Virus record (IMG/VR): IMGVR_UViG_3300036760_000689
Location: 46,117 to 110,116 of that record
DNA length: 64,000 nucleotides
DNA from: a virus
Strand: one strand, 5' to 3'
Numbering within the stretch: the first letter of the stretch is position 1; each line of letters starts with the position of its first letter. The notes beneath the pieces are model-generated. The model had not been told where the DNA came from and did no database searches. It saw only the letters and a program-made list of their open reading frames with translations. The position numbers were made by a program, and so were the translations under genes. This document shows, piece after piece, positions 1 through 9,741 of the stretch.

Positions 1-3000
1 AGCATTTTCCTCTCCGGGGACAGGTTCCAGAGGCGGAATCTCTGCCTCGGCAGCCGCAGGCAACACTTCCTCAGGCGGTTCTGCCAACGTCATAGATACC
101 AGTCTTCGTTCCAGCTTCCTGTCGGGGAGTCGCGGTGGGCGACCCGACTCGGAAATTCGCATGACATCCTTGGCCCAGCGTCCCACAGATCTGCCATCGG
201 GCATCCTTATCGTGAGACGTTGCCTACCCTGGAAATCAGCGATATTGGTGATCCTACCGATACCAAGATCGACATCGGCATCTGTGAAGATGTCACTCTC
301 AGTGAAGATATTGTTTTTAGGTTCATTCTTGGCCAGAATGCTCTGTGCTTGTTCTGGTCGAAGGCGGCCGATGATATTGTCGCTATAATCCAATCCGCGC
401 AACTTATCTTCCTGGTCTCGAGTGATCACAAATGCCGCCAAAGGTTGCGGCGTAGGTTCTTGAGCTTTCTCGATTTCTTCGGCTGCAACAGCAAATTTGG
501 CGCGGGTGTCCTTCAACTCATCGGCGATCTTTTCTCCCGGCTTGACCGCGAACGTCGATCCAGTTTGCGTGTCAGTATAAAGGAAGAATACGGTATTGCC
601 TTGTAGATCTTGCTGTGGGCCGTTATAGACGACGCCTTCTGGAAGTTCTTCCATCTCATGAGGCGCTGCCACCTTGCCGATATCCTCGGGTCTAGGCAAT
701 GGTTCTGGCTGAGGAGCCACTGGAATCGGCGGTTTAATTGGTAACTCCGTTGGCGGAATTTCGGTCACTGTCGGAAGCATCCCTAGCGGTGCCTCGGGCG
801 CTGCCGCCGCGACCTCGGGTTCAACTGTTTTGCCGGAAAATTCATTGGCCCTGCGCGCGGCATCTGTCAGATCTTCTGGGGTAATCCCAGCGACAATCTG
901 TTTGCGTTCTTGACCGCTCATATCGGCAAAACCTACGGTCATTTCGGAAGGTGTCATGGCGCGCCCATATTTGGCCTGAAACGCGCGCGCGATTGACGGA
1001 ATGTGGAATCCGGCGATCTGGAGAAATGTTATGAAACCATCTTCACCAGCAGCAGAAAGTCGTGTTGCGAGATTTCCGGGGGTCTCCACCGCTGTAATGC
1101 CAGCCGCCGCCAGACCATAGGATACCGCGCTCTGGAGAGCCGTTCCGATTGAGGTGCGATGCGTTTCGTTCGCGTAATCCTCGATAAACTTCTTGAACTG
1201 TTCATATTCTGGATAACGCGCGCGGGCCATATCACGAATGGTGTCCACAACCGAAAAGCGAAAGGCATTGGGATCCACCATGCCCCTATTAACGGCATCG
1301 CCGACCCACGCACGCGCTACCGCCTGCGCCGCGAGCAAATCCTCTTTTGTGGCCGTAGTAGGATCAAGGAGCGTGCCAGACCATCCCGCCCTGGATGCCG
1401 CCAACAACTCCGCTTGTATCTTGATGGTTTCGGCTTCCTCTTTGTTAGCGACCGTCGCCATCCCGCGAAGTAATTGCGATATCTTTGGATCCGTGATATC
1501 CATTTTGAAGGTTTGGGCAAGATTCCTGATTCCCGGTGCATATTTCAGAACTTCGCCACCGACGCCGAAGGCAACTGCCCTTGCGATAGCATTGGGGACA
1601 CTTTCCCCTCTTCCGAGCGCCGTAATAGTTCCGGCTGTAGCCAAAGCCAAACTATTCTCTGCCCCGGCGATTCCTCGAACGGCCCAGGATAATTTGTTGG
1701 GATTTTCCAGTCCCCATAGGAGTGTCTTTTCGAAGTTGGGATTTTTTAGGGCCTGTTGGGCCAAAACCTTGACGGCTAACTTTGCCGATGTCTGATCAAC
1801 TTCCTTAATGGCTTTCACGGCTTCGATGGCTTTCTTGGCCGCTGGCAATACACGGAGCCGTTCAAGCCAATTGGCCACAACAGGAATCTGCCCGATCTTG
1901 CCGGATATCCCGATCATTTCGGCCATGGTACCGCCGCCAAGAAATGCCATACTGCCAAGGAATCCTGGAACGCCAGCAACCATTCGTACCAGTTCCTCGC
2001 CCTTATATTCTTCGGGTTGGAATTTGCCGATGTTGTAAGCCCAAGCATTGCCAAAACTTTCGATCGCAGAGACGTAGATTTTTTCCGCCAGGGAAGGTTG
2101 GCCATAACCTTCGGGGACCTCCCCATAGCGCATCGCCGCCGCTTGCTCTGGGGGTAACGCGCTGATGAAGGGGCCTTTGGCAGTCTTCATCCGATCCATC
2201 ATGGCGCGAAGGTCTTTATCTACAGGAGCGCCAGCAACTTTGATAGCGCCGATCTCTTGACCCAGGGTAATCAGATCACCCAGAGCCTTTATCTTCGGGC
2301 CGGCCTCACCAATGACCGATCTGATTTTGGTGACTCTCGAGTTATATTCGTTCACATCCTCTCTGTTGGTTGTATCAGGTCCACCCGGCCACCTATCTTT
2401 GATTTCGGCGGAGAGAAGATCGATATCCTGTCTATGGACTCCAATTTCCCTTGAGAGTCGGTCGATATCTCCGCCGACTTCCCTTTGTTCGGGCGGTTTC
2501 CCAACCTTTGTACTCGGCACTGGCATGGGTGGCTGTTTATTCAGCCAATCCTGAAATGATTCCCGTTTCTCGAACTGAGGGACCGCAGGATATTTTAGCC
2601 GTTCGGAAATCTCAGGAGGCGGAGCAAGTGGGGCTGAAACAGCAGGTGCGACTTGGGGAGTTGGTTCAGGAGGCGGAGCGAATGTGGCTGGAATGCCTGG
2701 ACCAGAAGGAACAACGGCACGCATTCTCTGAGTCGGGGAAACAAATGCTCCTGTAATCAGGTCTTCCGTCTGTCTGACTTTCTGCTTTGTCCAGTTCAAC
2801 AGGTCATCTAACCACCAAGTTTCCTTCGTCTCAGGTGTGTTCTTGAAATAGTCGTTCCACGTCCCCTTATCGACATTCAGTTCATTATCCTGGCCTTCTT
2901 TGGGGGCATTGGCGAACTCTGGCGACACCTTGTTCAGAATATATCTGCGGGTTTCCATGTCTAACTGATGGAACCAATCCTGAGTTAGCACATCCTTGGG

Positions 3001-3150
3001 TTTGATCGAGGCCCAATCTGGTTGAGACACCTTGGCCTTTGGAGGCGCGACTGGCGTCTTCGGAGGGACAGGTGGTTTCGGTTCTTGATCCTGCGATCCT
3101 TCATTATCAGGAGGAAGAGGCAGAGGTTGGTCGAACAGATTTGCGGCCAT
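1..3150 (-). CDS. Large internal virion / DNA ejection protein, partial (>1050 aa, runs off the window start; absent from the ORF track)
   Basis: ATG at 3150 after GAGGA (MAANLFDQPLPLPP...). The frame is open at the spots checked (RLRVLPAAKKAIEAVKAIKE at 1801-1860; PAAAEAEIPPLEPVPGEENA at 1-60). Pro/Ala/Glu-rich and last in the structural operon. Confidence 0.7.
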   Translation of the reverse strand, partial: MAANLFDQPLPLPPDNEGSQDQEPKPPVPPKTPVAPPKAKVSQPDWASIKPKDVLTQDWFHQLDMETRRYILNKVSPEFANAPKEGQDNELNVDKGTWNDYFKNTPETKETWWLDDLLNWTKQKVRQTEDLITGAFVSPTQRMRAVVPSGPGIPATFAPPPEPTPQVAPAVSAPLAPPPEISERLKYPAVPQFEKRESFQDWLNKQPPMPVPSTKVGKPPEQREVGGDIDRLSREIGVHRQDIDLLSAEIKDRWPGGPDTTNREDVNEYNSRVTKIRSVIGEAGPKIKALGDLITLGQEIGAIKVAGAPVDKDLRAMMDRMKTAKGPFISALPPEQAAAMRYGEVPEGYGQPSLAEKIYVSAIESFGNAWAYNIGKFQPEEYKGEELVRMVAGVPGFLGSMAFLGGGTMAEMIGISGKIGQIPVVANWLERLRVLPAAKKAIEAVKAIKEVDQTSAKLAVKVLAQQALKNPNFEKTLLWGLENPNKLSWAVRGIAGAENSLALATAGTITALGRGESVPNAIARAVAFGVGGEVLKYAPGIRNLAQTFKMDITDPKISQLLRGMATVANKEEAETIKIQAELLAASRAGWSGTLLDPTTATKEDLLAAQAVARAWVGDAVNRGMVDPNAFRFSVVDTIRDMARARYPEYEQFKKFIEDYANETHRTSIGTALQSAVSYGLAAAGITAVETPGNLATRLSAAGEDGFITFLQIAGFHIPSIARAFQAKYGRAMTPSEMTVGFADMSGQERKQIVAGITPEDLTDAARRANEFSGKTVEPEVAAAAPEAPLGMLPTVTEIPPTELPIKPPIPVAPQPEPLPRPEDIGKVAAPHEMEELPEGVVYNGPQQDLQGNTVFFLYTDTQTGSTFAVKPGEKIADELKDTRAKFAVAAEEIEKAQEPTPQPLAAFVITRDQEDKLRGLDYSDNIIGRLRPEQAQSILAKNEPKNNIFTESDIFTDADVDLGIGRITNIADFQGRQRLTIRMPDGRSVGRWAKDVMRISESGRPPRLPDRKLERRLVSMTLAEPPEEVLPAAAEAEIPPLEPVPGEENA

Positions 3151-3157
3151 TGATTCC

Positions 3158-4756
3158 TCAACGTTTAATATACTGCGGCTCAGGACCGGGTGCCGGTATC
3201 CCTCCTCGTCCTGCCGCCTGGGGCAGATTGGTTTTAATAGCGTCGATCGCTTTTTCCTCAGAAGTTATCTCTGGGGATCCAGCCCTACGGATCGCCTGAA
3301 CAGTTTCCCATGAAACTCCTACGTAATCCTCAACATAGCGCATCATCCATGAGTTGACTTCTCTCGCATTCCTAGTCTTGGTTATACCATCTTGATCAAG
3401 TTGCACCGGAACCATCTGCATCGCAAAGGTCTGCGCCGCCTGCATGATTTTGGCCGCATCCTGTTTTGTCAGTTTTCCGCTTTGGGCCGCAGTCTTCAAA
3501 TCCATGGCCTGCTGCCTCGATTCGGAGAGCAATCGAGCATTCGTAACTTCTTGCTGCCTGAGCATCCTGCTGGCCGTCAGATCATCGACATAACTCTTAT
3601 CGGCGACAACTCGGGCTTGGTCATAATTCTCGATCTTTTTACCATTGATTGTCTGACCGATAAGCGCGATCGCCTGTTGCTCATAGGTAGTCGGTTCGAT
3701 CTCATCCCTCGTTCCAATCTCGGCACCCGTTTCGGTATCATAAGCCGCTTTATAGCGTAATCCAGTCCTTGGATCTCGGCCAGTAATGTTGATGAGTTTG
3801 CCAGGTCTGTCCTGAATCGGTTTCCCATAGCGAAGGAACGAATAGATTTCGTTGTAATAGTTCCTGTCCTTAGTTTTAGTTTCCTGGGCATCTGGAGTCG
3901 CAGCCCAATCTTCGGCCCGCTTCTTGTACCACTCCTCATTAGCGGTCTGATCCGCTTGTTTTTGCGCGGATTCGGCCTTGATTCTCGCCTCCTGAATTTG
4001 GATTGTGCTCCCAGTCTGCTTGGCAGTATCGTAATCGGTCATGGCGCGATGCAAAGCAAACTGTGCTCGTTGGTTGGGACTCAGACCTGTCAGATCAGGT
4101 TGGGCCTGAGGAGCAACGCCAGGGATTCCAACAGGTGCCGCAGCAGCAGCACGGAACTGAAAACGAGATACAGGAAATGCCCCCGGAGCTTGGGGTTGCG
4201 CCTGTGGAGTCATAAACTGCCCCCCCTGAACCGTCGTTGGGCTAATCGGGATCGTTGGCGGCGGAGGTTGAGCAGGAGGCGGGGTCACGAATCTTCCACC
4301 CTCCACAGTTGTCGGAGGTAAGGCCGCTGCAGGATATGTACCGGCGATTCCCATCAGGGAACCTTGAGGCGCAGTCTGAATTGCTCCAGTTGGGGGAGCG
4401 GCCATCCCCTCTTGAGGTCTTTGACCTGGGGTCCCTGTCGCAACAGCCATGTCCGCCGCCTGCGTCATTGATTTATCCTGCGTCCCTTTTCCGCCCGGAC
4501 TGATCAGTTTGCTCACAAGGTTCCATAGGCCAGTCTTCTGCGTTCGAATCTTTTCGGCCTGATTCATCAAATCGACCGCGCGTTCATGAAACATTTGCTG
4601 AAAGTGGGGATCCGTCTCATTGCCGGCCTGAGTGGAAAATTTGATCGACATGTCCTGCAATTGGCGCACTTGTTCGATCTTCTGTTGATGGGCTTGATTC
4701 GATGCCTGGACATAGCCCTTGAGAAATTCCCCAAAGATTCCTGCCGCCTGATACAT
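3158..4756 (-). CDS. Putative internal virion / ejection protein
   Basis: 532 aa, Gln/Ala-rich helical with a Pro-rich linker; lies between pilot-like genes and the giant ORF. Confidence 0.6.
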   Translation of the reverse strand: MYQAAGIFGEFLKGYVQASNQAHQQKIEQVRQLQDMSIKFSTQAGNETDPHFQQMFHERAVDLMNQAEKIRTQKTGLWNLVSKLISPGGKGTQDKSMTQAADMAVATGTPGQRPQEGMAAPPTGAIQTAPQGSLMGIAGTYPAAALPPTTVEGGRFVTPPPAQPPPPTIPISPTTVQGGQFMTPQAQPQAPGAFPVSRFQFRAAAAAPVGIPGVAPQAQPDLTGLSPNQRAQFALHRAMTDYDTAKQTGSTIQIQEARIKAESAQKQADQTANEEWYKKRAEDWAATPDAQETKTKDRNYYNEIYSFLRYGKPIQDRPGKLINITGRDPRTGLRYKAAYDTETGAEIGTRDEIEPTTYEQQAIALIGQTINGKKIENYDQARVVADKSYVDDLTASRMLRQQEVTNARLLSESRQQAMDLKTAAQSGKLTKQDAAKIMQAAQTFAMQMVPVQLDQDGITKTRNAREVNSWMMRYVEDYVGVSWETVQAIRRAGSPEITSEEKAIDAIKTNLPQAAGRGGIPAPGPEPQYIKR

Positions 4757-4772
4757 GATTCCTCCTAACGAT

Positions 4773-5384
4773 CTAGTCGATGCGTTTGGGGTGTTCCTTC
4801 ATCTCGAATCGTTTAATCCAATTGCAGTTGGCACAAAGCAATTGATATTTGTTCGGTACACCGCTGAGAACATCCCGGCATATCGGCCAAACGCCCCATC
4901 CGAGTTTCTTTTTCTCGGCTACACCGCCGCCGTTTATGTGATCTATTTGCAGTACCCGCTTATCCTCTATTCCGCACTTGGCGCACCGATTACCCAAAAA
5001 CTTCAGGGCGGCATCCCTTAGTTGATCTGACACCCTTCTGTGGTTAGCACGTTTCCGAGATTTAAACTCTTCACTGTAATAGGAATTATTGCATTTCTTG
5101 CATGCTGGACTTAATCCATCGCTCGCGGACCTCCTACCAAAAAATTCATGTTTTGGCTTACATTCATGGCATCGACAGCAGGTTTTGCTTCCGGTCCTGT
5201 CAATGATCGAGTTCCGAATCGTATTCTCCTCTAATATCTTGGAGGTCCTATATTTGCGGCATTCCGTGCAAACATTTCTCAACTTCCCAGTATCGCTTCT
5301 AGTCGCAAATTCGTCGCTGGATTTATCTTGTTTACACTTTTTGCAAACCATCACATCACCTGTTTCGCATGCGCCTGCTTCCAT
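4773..5384 (-). CDS. HNH homing endonuclease with CxxC repeats
   Basis: CAKC...LQIDHINGGG...YQLLCANCN. Confidence 0.85.
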   Translation of the reverse strand: MEAGACETGDVMVCKKCKQDKSSDEFATRSDTGKLRNVCTECRKYRTSKILEENTIRNSIIDRTGSKTCCRCHECKPKHEFFGRRSASDGLSPACKKCNNSYYSEEFKSRKRANHRRVSDQLRDAALKFLGNRCAKCGIEDKRVLQIDHINGGGVAEKKKLGWGVWPICRDVLSGVPNKYQLLCANCNWIKRFEMKEHPKRID

Positions 5385-5721
5385 TCCGTGAGGACTTCCT
5401 GACTTTATCCAATTTGCGGAGTATCTCTGCCGGAATTATTATTTCGTTTTTATGCAGCATATAGATCCCAGTCTTCTTGATCCTTCCGCCCTTACGAAAG
5501 CTGGCAAAAGCGCCGAATTCGCCAGCGTTGGGAACTCCGCCGACATTTTCCGTGTCAGTCGATGGGCCACCACGATTTGCGAGTCTTTGCGTTTCGGCCT
5601 TCTGAGTGACCTGCCGAATGGATTCCTTGAGTGTCCTCTGTTTTTGCGCCTGTTTCGCCGGGAAATATATCGAAGAAAATCCCTTCATCAGATTCCCAAA
5701 CGCGTTAGTCGTTGCCATCAT
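5356..5721 (-). CDS. Small basic virion-associated protein
   Basis: Motif FRKGGRIKKTGIYMLHKNE is shared with ORF 38104-38487. Confidence 0.55.
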   Translation of the reverse strand: MMATTNAFGNLMKGFSSIYFPAKQAQKQRTLKESIRQVTQKAETQRLANRGGPSTDTENVGGVPNAGEFGAFASFRKGGRIKKTGIYMLHKNEIIIPAEILRKLDKVRKSSRNGSRRMRNR

Positions 5722-6251
5722 TTACCCTTCATCGCCATGAATCCACCAGCCATGGATCCGAGACCGCCTGCCAAACTACCCCATGCCCCAGCTTGCGATG
5801 CCGATAACTGAGCATATGCCTGACCCGCTTGCCCATATCCGCCTTGCGCCTGTCCATAGGCTCCGATGCCGGCCTGCGTGCCGCCGCTTCCCATTGCAGC
5901 AAGACGCGCCAAAGCTTCGGATACTCCCCCAGAATAGATACCAGTCTTCGTTCCAGCTTCCTGAAGGTTGATATCCCTCATGGTCACATCCCTCAACCCA
6001 CCAGGTGCCATCTCCTGAGCTTGTTTCCGCTGGAGATAGTACTGTTGAGTTGCGGCGTTGATGGAAGGAGCCATGGAACGTTGGAGATCCGCACCTTTGC
6101 CCGTTGCCATGGCCATATAAGCATCCTGGGCTGTTTGGCGAGCTGGGGCAGCTTCCTGTTCCAAACCTTTACCAAGAGTAAAGGTCTGCTGAGCGATATC
6201 CATCATCTGTTTAGTGGCGACATCGGCCTGTTTTGCGGCTCCCTTGCCCAT
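5718..6251 (-). CDS. Putative DNA pilot / ejection protein
   Basis: Ala/Gln/Gly-rich, with hydrophobic Gly-rich C-terminus (GAWGSLAGGLGSMAGGFM). Confidence 0.6.
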   Translation of the reverse strand: MGKGAAKQADVATKQMMDIAQQTFTLGKGLEQEAAPARQTAQDAYMAMATGKGADLQRSMAPSINAATQQYYLQRKQAQEMAPGGLRDVTMRDINLQEAGTKTGIYSGGVSEALARLAAMGSGGTQAGIGAYGQAQGGYGQAGQAYAQLSASQAGAWGSLAGGLGSMAGGFMAMKGK

Positions 6252-6267
6252 CGTAACTCCTTTGCCG

Positions 6268-6891
6268 TCAATAGTTTACGGCCACTCCTCGATAGTCAGT
6301 TGCAGATTGATGTTTCCTGGCGTTACACGATTGACACAATGGCTGGATGTTGGAAATATCACTTAATCCGCCCCGGATAACGGGAATTATATGATCGATC
6401 ACAAGTTTGATTTCAGGTTCGCATCGTTTACAGCATAAGCACATATGTTGATATTTGCTTTTCAATGCTTCCCACTCTTCTAAGGTGAAGGATCCGCGTG
6501 CCGTTGTCTTGCACGCCCTACGATTCGCCTCATACACGGCAAGTTTGCTCTTATTGTTTTGCTTCCATACCTTGATTGAGGCATACGCTTTGTCCAGATT
6601 TTCGCGCTGCCATTTTGCGTTGGCTTCCCTTTTCTGTTCTCGGTGTCTTTCCCTATATTTTCTTTTCTGCTCCCTGTACTTTTGGGGATTGTCCTTCCGC
6701 CATTGCCTTGCCAATTCGTTCAAGTGCGCTCTGTGTTCCTTGCTGTATTTCTTGACCTTAGCTGATAACTCCGCGATGTGATTCAGACGATAGTTTTTGA
6801 ATTCCGCCCCACCGCAAGTTCTGCATGTATTCCTGTACCTTCTAAACTGATCATCCGGTAGAGTCTGCAGGCATCCGTGGCATTGCTTCAT
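6268..6891 (-). CDS. HNH endonuclease
   Basis: CLCC...[11 protein letters not shown]...[13 protein letters not shown]. Confidence 0.9.
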   Translation of the reverse strand: MKQCHGCLQTLPDDQFRRYRNTCRTCGGAEFKNYRLNHIAELSAKVKKYSKEHRAHLNELARQWRKDNPQKYREQKRKYRERHREQKREANAKWQRENLDKAYASIKVWKQNNKSKLAVYEANRRACKTTARGSFTLEEWEALKSKYQHMCLCCKRCEPEIKLVIDHIIPVIRGGLSDISNIQPLCQSCNARKHQSATDYRGVAVNY

Positions 6892-6897
6892 CGCAAT

Positions 6898-7515
6898 CTA
6901 TTGTCCTCTGAGTTGGCGGTGTTCCTCTTTCGTCATCATCACGATCGTCGAATTGCTGACGATCCCATGGATTGTGGTGTATTTGGGAATCGTCGCAACA
7001 TGCGTGAATCCAATCCTTTTGACGAATAACTTGGCCGCGATATTTTCTTCTGGGGTTTCCCCGATTATCAGATCAACATTGAGCCGATTAAACCAATAAT
7101 CCAAGACGATCTCGGAGAACTGATCGGTATAAGATGGTTTCTGATAATCTTTGAAAAATACAAAAGATCCGAGCGCCCGTGTCCAATCGCCTTTGCAAGT
7201 CGTAATATCGGCAAGCCAAGCCATACCAGCGATTTCCACGATTTCATCACCATTGACGATCGAAAAGATAGCCAGTAGAGTCTTACCGGAATTGAAAAAG
7301 ACGAGGTAATCAAACAAGCTCATATCAGGATTTTCATGGAATACCGTGTCCCATAAGTCCTCTGAATGGAGCTTTTTATAAAGCATGATGAGCGTTTCGA
7401 CCGTGAACACACCTGTCCTTGGATCGTAAGGCAACGCTGCCAAGTTTCCTCTGACAAACTCAAAATCCTTAACGGCTGTAGTTTCCATAGAATCCTTCCA
7501 TCCCGACTTTATCAC
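6898..7515 (-). CDS. GNAT-family acetyltransferase-like protein
   Basis: C-terminal GETPEENIAAKLFVKRIGF resembles GNAT motif B; position upstream of ejection genes is typical of podoviruses. Confidence 0.65.
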   Translation of the reverse strand: MIKSGWKDSMETTAVKDFEFVRGNLAALPYDPRTGVFTVETLIMLYKKLHSEDLWDTVFHENPDMSLFDYLVFFNSGKTLLAIFSIVNGDEIVEIAGMAWLADITTCKGDWTRALGSFVFFKDYQKPSYTDQFSEIVLDYWFNRLNVDLIIGETPEENIAAKLFVKRIGFTHVATIPKYTTIHGIVSNSTIVMMTKEEHRQLRGQ

Positions 7516-7530
7516 AGCTTCGTCAATCCC

Positions 7531-7908
7531 CTATCCGATATAAGCCCCCATATCACCAGCAAAGACTGGTATCCGAGCATTCGTGAATTTATCAATCGTA
7601 TAAAAAACCACCATGGTATTTGCGCCGCCTTCCCAAAACTGAAGAACGGTATCGGGGGCGGATGGCAGATTGACCTCCATCAGAACTCGGGGAGTATCCT
7701 CCCGATGATAGAAAATCGGTTTTGGAATCGCTGTCTGGGGATGTATCGCCTGAGATTCATAGTATTGAAAATCGGCAGTATTTGCCAGCGACCAGCAATC
7801 CGATAACACAGTATCTGGGGTAGACGGAAGATTGACATTTGCCTGCCATAGATGCAGGCCAAGATTTATCTGCTGAAGAAACCATTGAATGCTACGAACA
7901 ACCATCAT
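7531..7908 (-). CDS. Hypothetical protein with internal duplication
   Basis: VNLPSTPDTVL / VNLPSAPDTVL repeated. Confidence 0.55.
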   Translation of the reverse strand: MMVVRSIQWFLQQINLGLHLWQANVNLPSTPDTVLSDCWSLANTADFQYYESQAIHPQTAIPKPIFYHREDTPRVLMEVNLPSAPDTVLQFWEGGANTMVVFYTIDKFTNARIPVFAGDMGAYIG

Positions 7909-8786
7909 CCCACCCTATAAGCAATCTTATGGTATAGGTAGCCTCCCGCTACTGGACAAGCAACCTGGAAGATTCCAGTCGTGCCTAAGTCGATGGGGAT
8001 TGTCACTCGGGATCGGTTGGGAAATATCTGTCCATAATAATTAGGATAGGGTGCATAGATATGCTGATATCCTCGACCGGCCCAAGTTCTGGTGTTTGCG
8101 CCTGTCGCGGTACACCAATATTCAACTGGCACAAAACGGCAATAGCCACCCGGGGTGGATTGACCGTCGCATGAAGAACCTAAACCCTGAGGTCCACCAC
8201 ATCGTGAGGTGTTTACAGGCGTGACATTATCTATCATCCAAGCGGAGGCGGAATCATTGTATGACAAAGAATCCGCAGTGGTTCTTGACCCTTGGCCATA
8301 AACATAATGCGTGTTTTGCGTCTGGGCTTCGGGAGTAAAATCGGTGATGCCCGCCTTGAAGAATTCGGGCAACTGAGTACCAAAGTAGAACTCGATGCAA
8401 AAATGATACTGGCCAGAAAATACCCAGACATCCCAAGCCGCGCCTGCTGGCGCATTTACTCTTACATTCCAAGCGGGGGTGGTTCCTGTCACGGGACTCG
8501 CGTTTTGATCTGTGAGCGCCATCGACATTTTGAGGTCGCTCGATCCAGCAATATCCGTGAACACCATTTTAAAAAATCGTCCATCCGCATCGTGCGGCGA
8601 TTCAGCCGTAACCGTGGGAGGAGTGCCATCTCTATTATCCGTCAGAGTCCAGGCAGGAGTCTGACCGCTCAAGGCATTATAGATGACGGACAGCCCATGC
8701 GTGTCGCCAGCCGTGCCAAGCATATCAACTACGGCGGCGGCGTGATAGACATGATAACTAGAATTCAAAAACATCGGTACAGCCAT
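7905..8786 (-). CDS. Virion structural / receptor-binding protein, paralog A
   Basis: Start MAVPMFL; C-terminal VTIPIDLGTTGIFQV matches the next gene. Confidence 0.6.
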   Translation of the reverse strand: MAVPMFLNSSYHVYHAAAVVDMLGTAGDTHGLSVIYNALSGQTPAWTLTDNRDGTPPTVTAESPHDADGRFFKMVFTDIAGSSDLKMSMALTDQNASPVTGTTPAWNVRVNAPAGAAWDVWVFSGQYHFCIEFYFGTQLPEFFKAGITDFTPEAQTQNTHYVYGQGSRTTADSLSYNDSASAWMIDNVTPVNTSRCGGPQGLGSSCDGQSTPGGYCRFVPVEYWCTATGANTRTWAGRGYQHIYAPYPNYYGQIFPNRSRVTIPIDLGTTGIFQVACPVAGGYLYHKIAYRVG

Positions 8787-8788
8787 GA

Positions 8789-9619
8789 CTAACTCTTTCT
8801 CCAACACATTTTTCTAATATCCTGGAGGGGTGGGCCAGTTACTCTAAACACTCCAGTTACGCCGGTGTCAATCGGGACGGTAAGTTCGGCATTAAACGCT
8901 TGGAGGCTATCCACCCATAAGACGTTTGGCAACTTGCCAAACACGAGATCATAATTCTGAAACGTGATCGGAATGAACAACAACGCACCGCTCTGGGTTG
9001 TTAAAGAGCTAGGGGTTGTAAAGGGATATCCTACGCAATACCAAGCGTACGAAGGAGTTATATTGTAAGCAAGGCTGCCATATACTTTATTCATCCAATG
9101 GGCTTCATTACTATAATCATATGATGAATGAACATTGGCATTGGTATATGGACCTCCAGCGCATAACCAGACTGGGGGATTGGTAATTTCTGGGTAGGGA
9201 TCCACCTCACAGCACCACCATGTTTGCGGAACCGCCTGTTGGGCATTGATACACACATAGGGTCTGTTTTTGCCGCAATAAGTGCTTACGTCGGAGCCGC
9301 CACCTGCAACGTTGAGGTTTTGGCTGGTTTCATTGTTGATCTGAAGACCATATCCATCCTTGGCGACGATATTTAATTGAGTGGCGGCGGCCCTAGTGAA
9401 TTGGACTGTGAAATAATGCGTTGCCCCGTAATCCCCAACTGGAGACTTGTAGGTCGTGGGCGTCTGCGTCTTACCCCCCACAGTGCAGGTCCAACCGAGG
9501 GTTGTCACAAGATCATCATATAGATCGTCAATGATATCTTGGACGTCGGTTATGCCGGCATGGAGCCTATAGGTGTAATCGATGTTGAGCGTTCCAGCCA
9601 GAAAACTTGGGATGGCCAT
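8789..9619 (-). CDS. Virion structural / receptor-binding protein, paralog B
   Basis: Start MAIPSFL; C-terminal LTVPIDTGVTGVFRV. Confidence 0.6.
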   Translation of the reverse strand: MAIPSFLAGTLNIDYTYRLHAGITDVQDIIDDLYDDLVTTLGWTCTVGGKTQTPTTYKSPVGDYGATHYFTVQFTRAAATQLNIVAKDGYGLQINNETSQNLNVAGGGSDVSTYCGKNRPYVCINAQQAVPQTWWCCEVDPYPEITNPPVWLCAGGPYTNANVHSSYDYSNEAHWMNKVYGSLAYNITPSYAWYCVGYPFTTPSSLTTQSGALLFIPITFQNYDLVFGKLPNVLWVDSLQAFNAELTVPIDTGVTGVFRVTGPPLQDIRKMCWRKS

Positions 9620-9741
9620 TATAAGACCGTTGCCTTTCTGCGTTTCCAGAGTAAAGAGTGGGTTTCGCTCATTTTTCTAATCGTCTCTTCCGAATGATGG
9701 CGGCCAATCCAATTTCTATTGCCGATTGGGGTATTAGGCAT
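9619..9741 (-). pseudogene. 40-aa NUMOD3-only remnant of a homing endonuclease
   Basis: MPNTPIGNRNWIGRHHSEETIRKMSETHSLLWKRRKATVL*; its start and stop overlap the flanking genes. Confidence 0.65.

Noticed and set aside
161-3299. Plus-strand ORFs listed in the ORF track
   Set aside because: They are antisense shadows of the long minus-strand ORF that runs off the window; the same applies to most plus-strand ORFs elsewhere.
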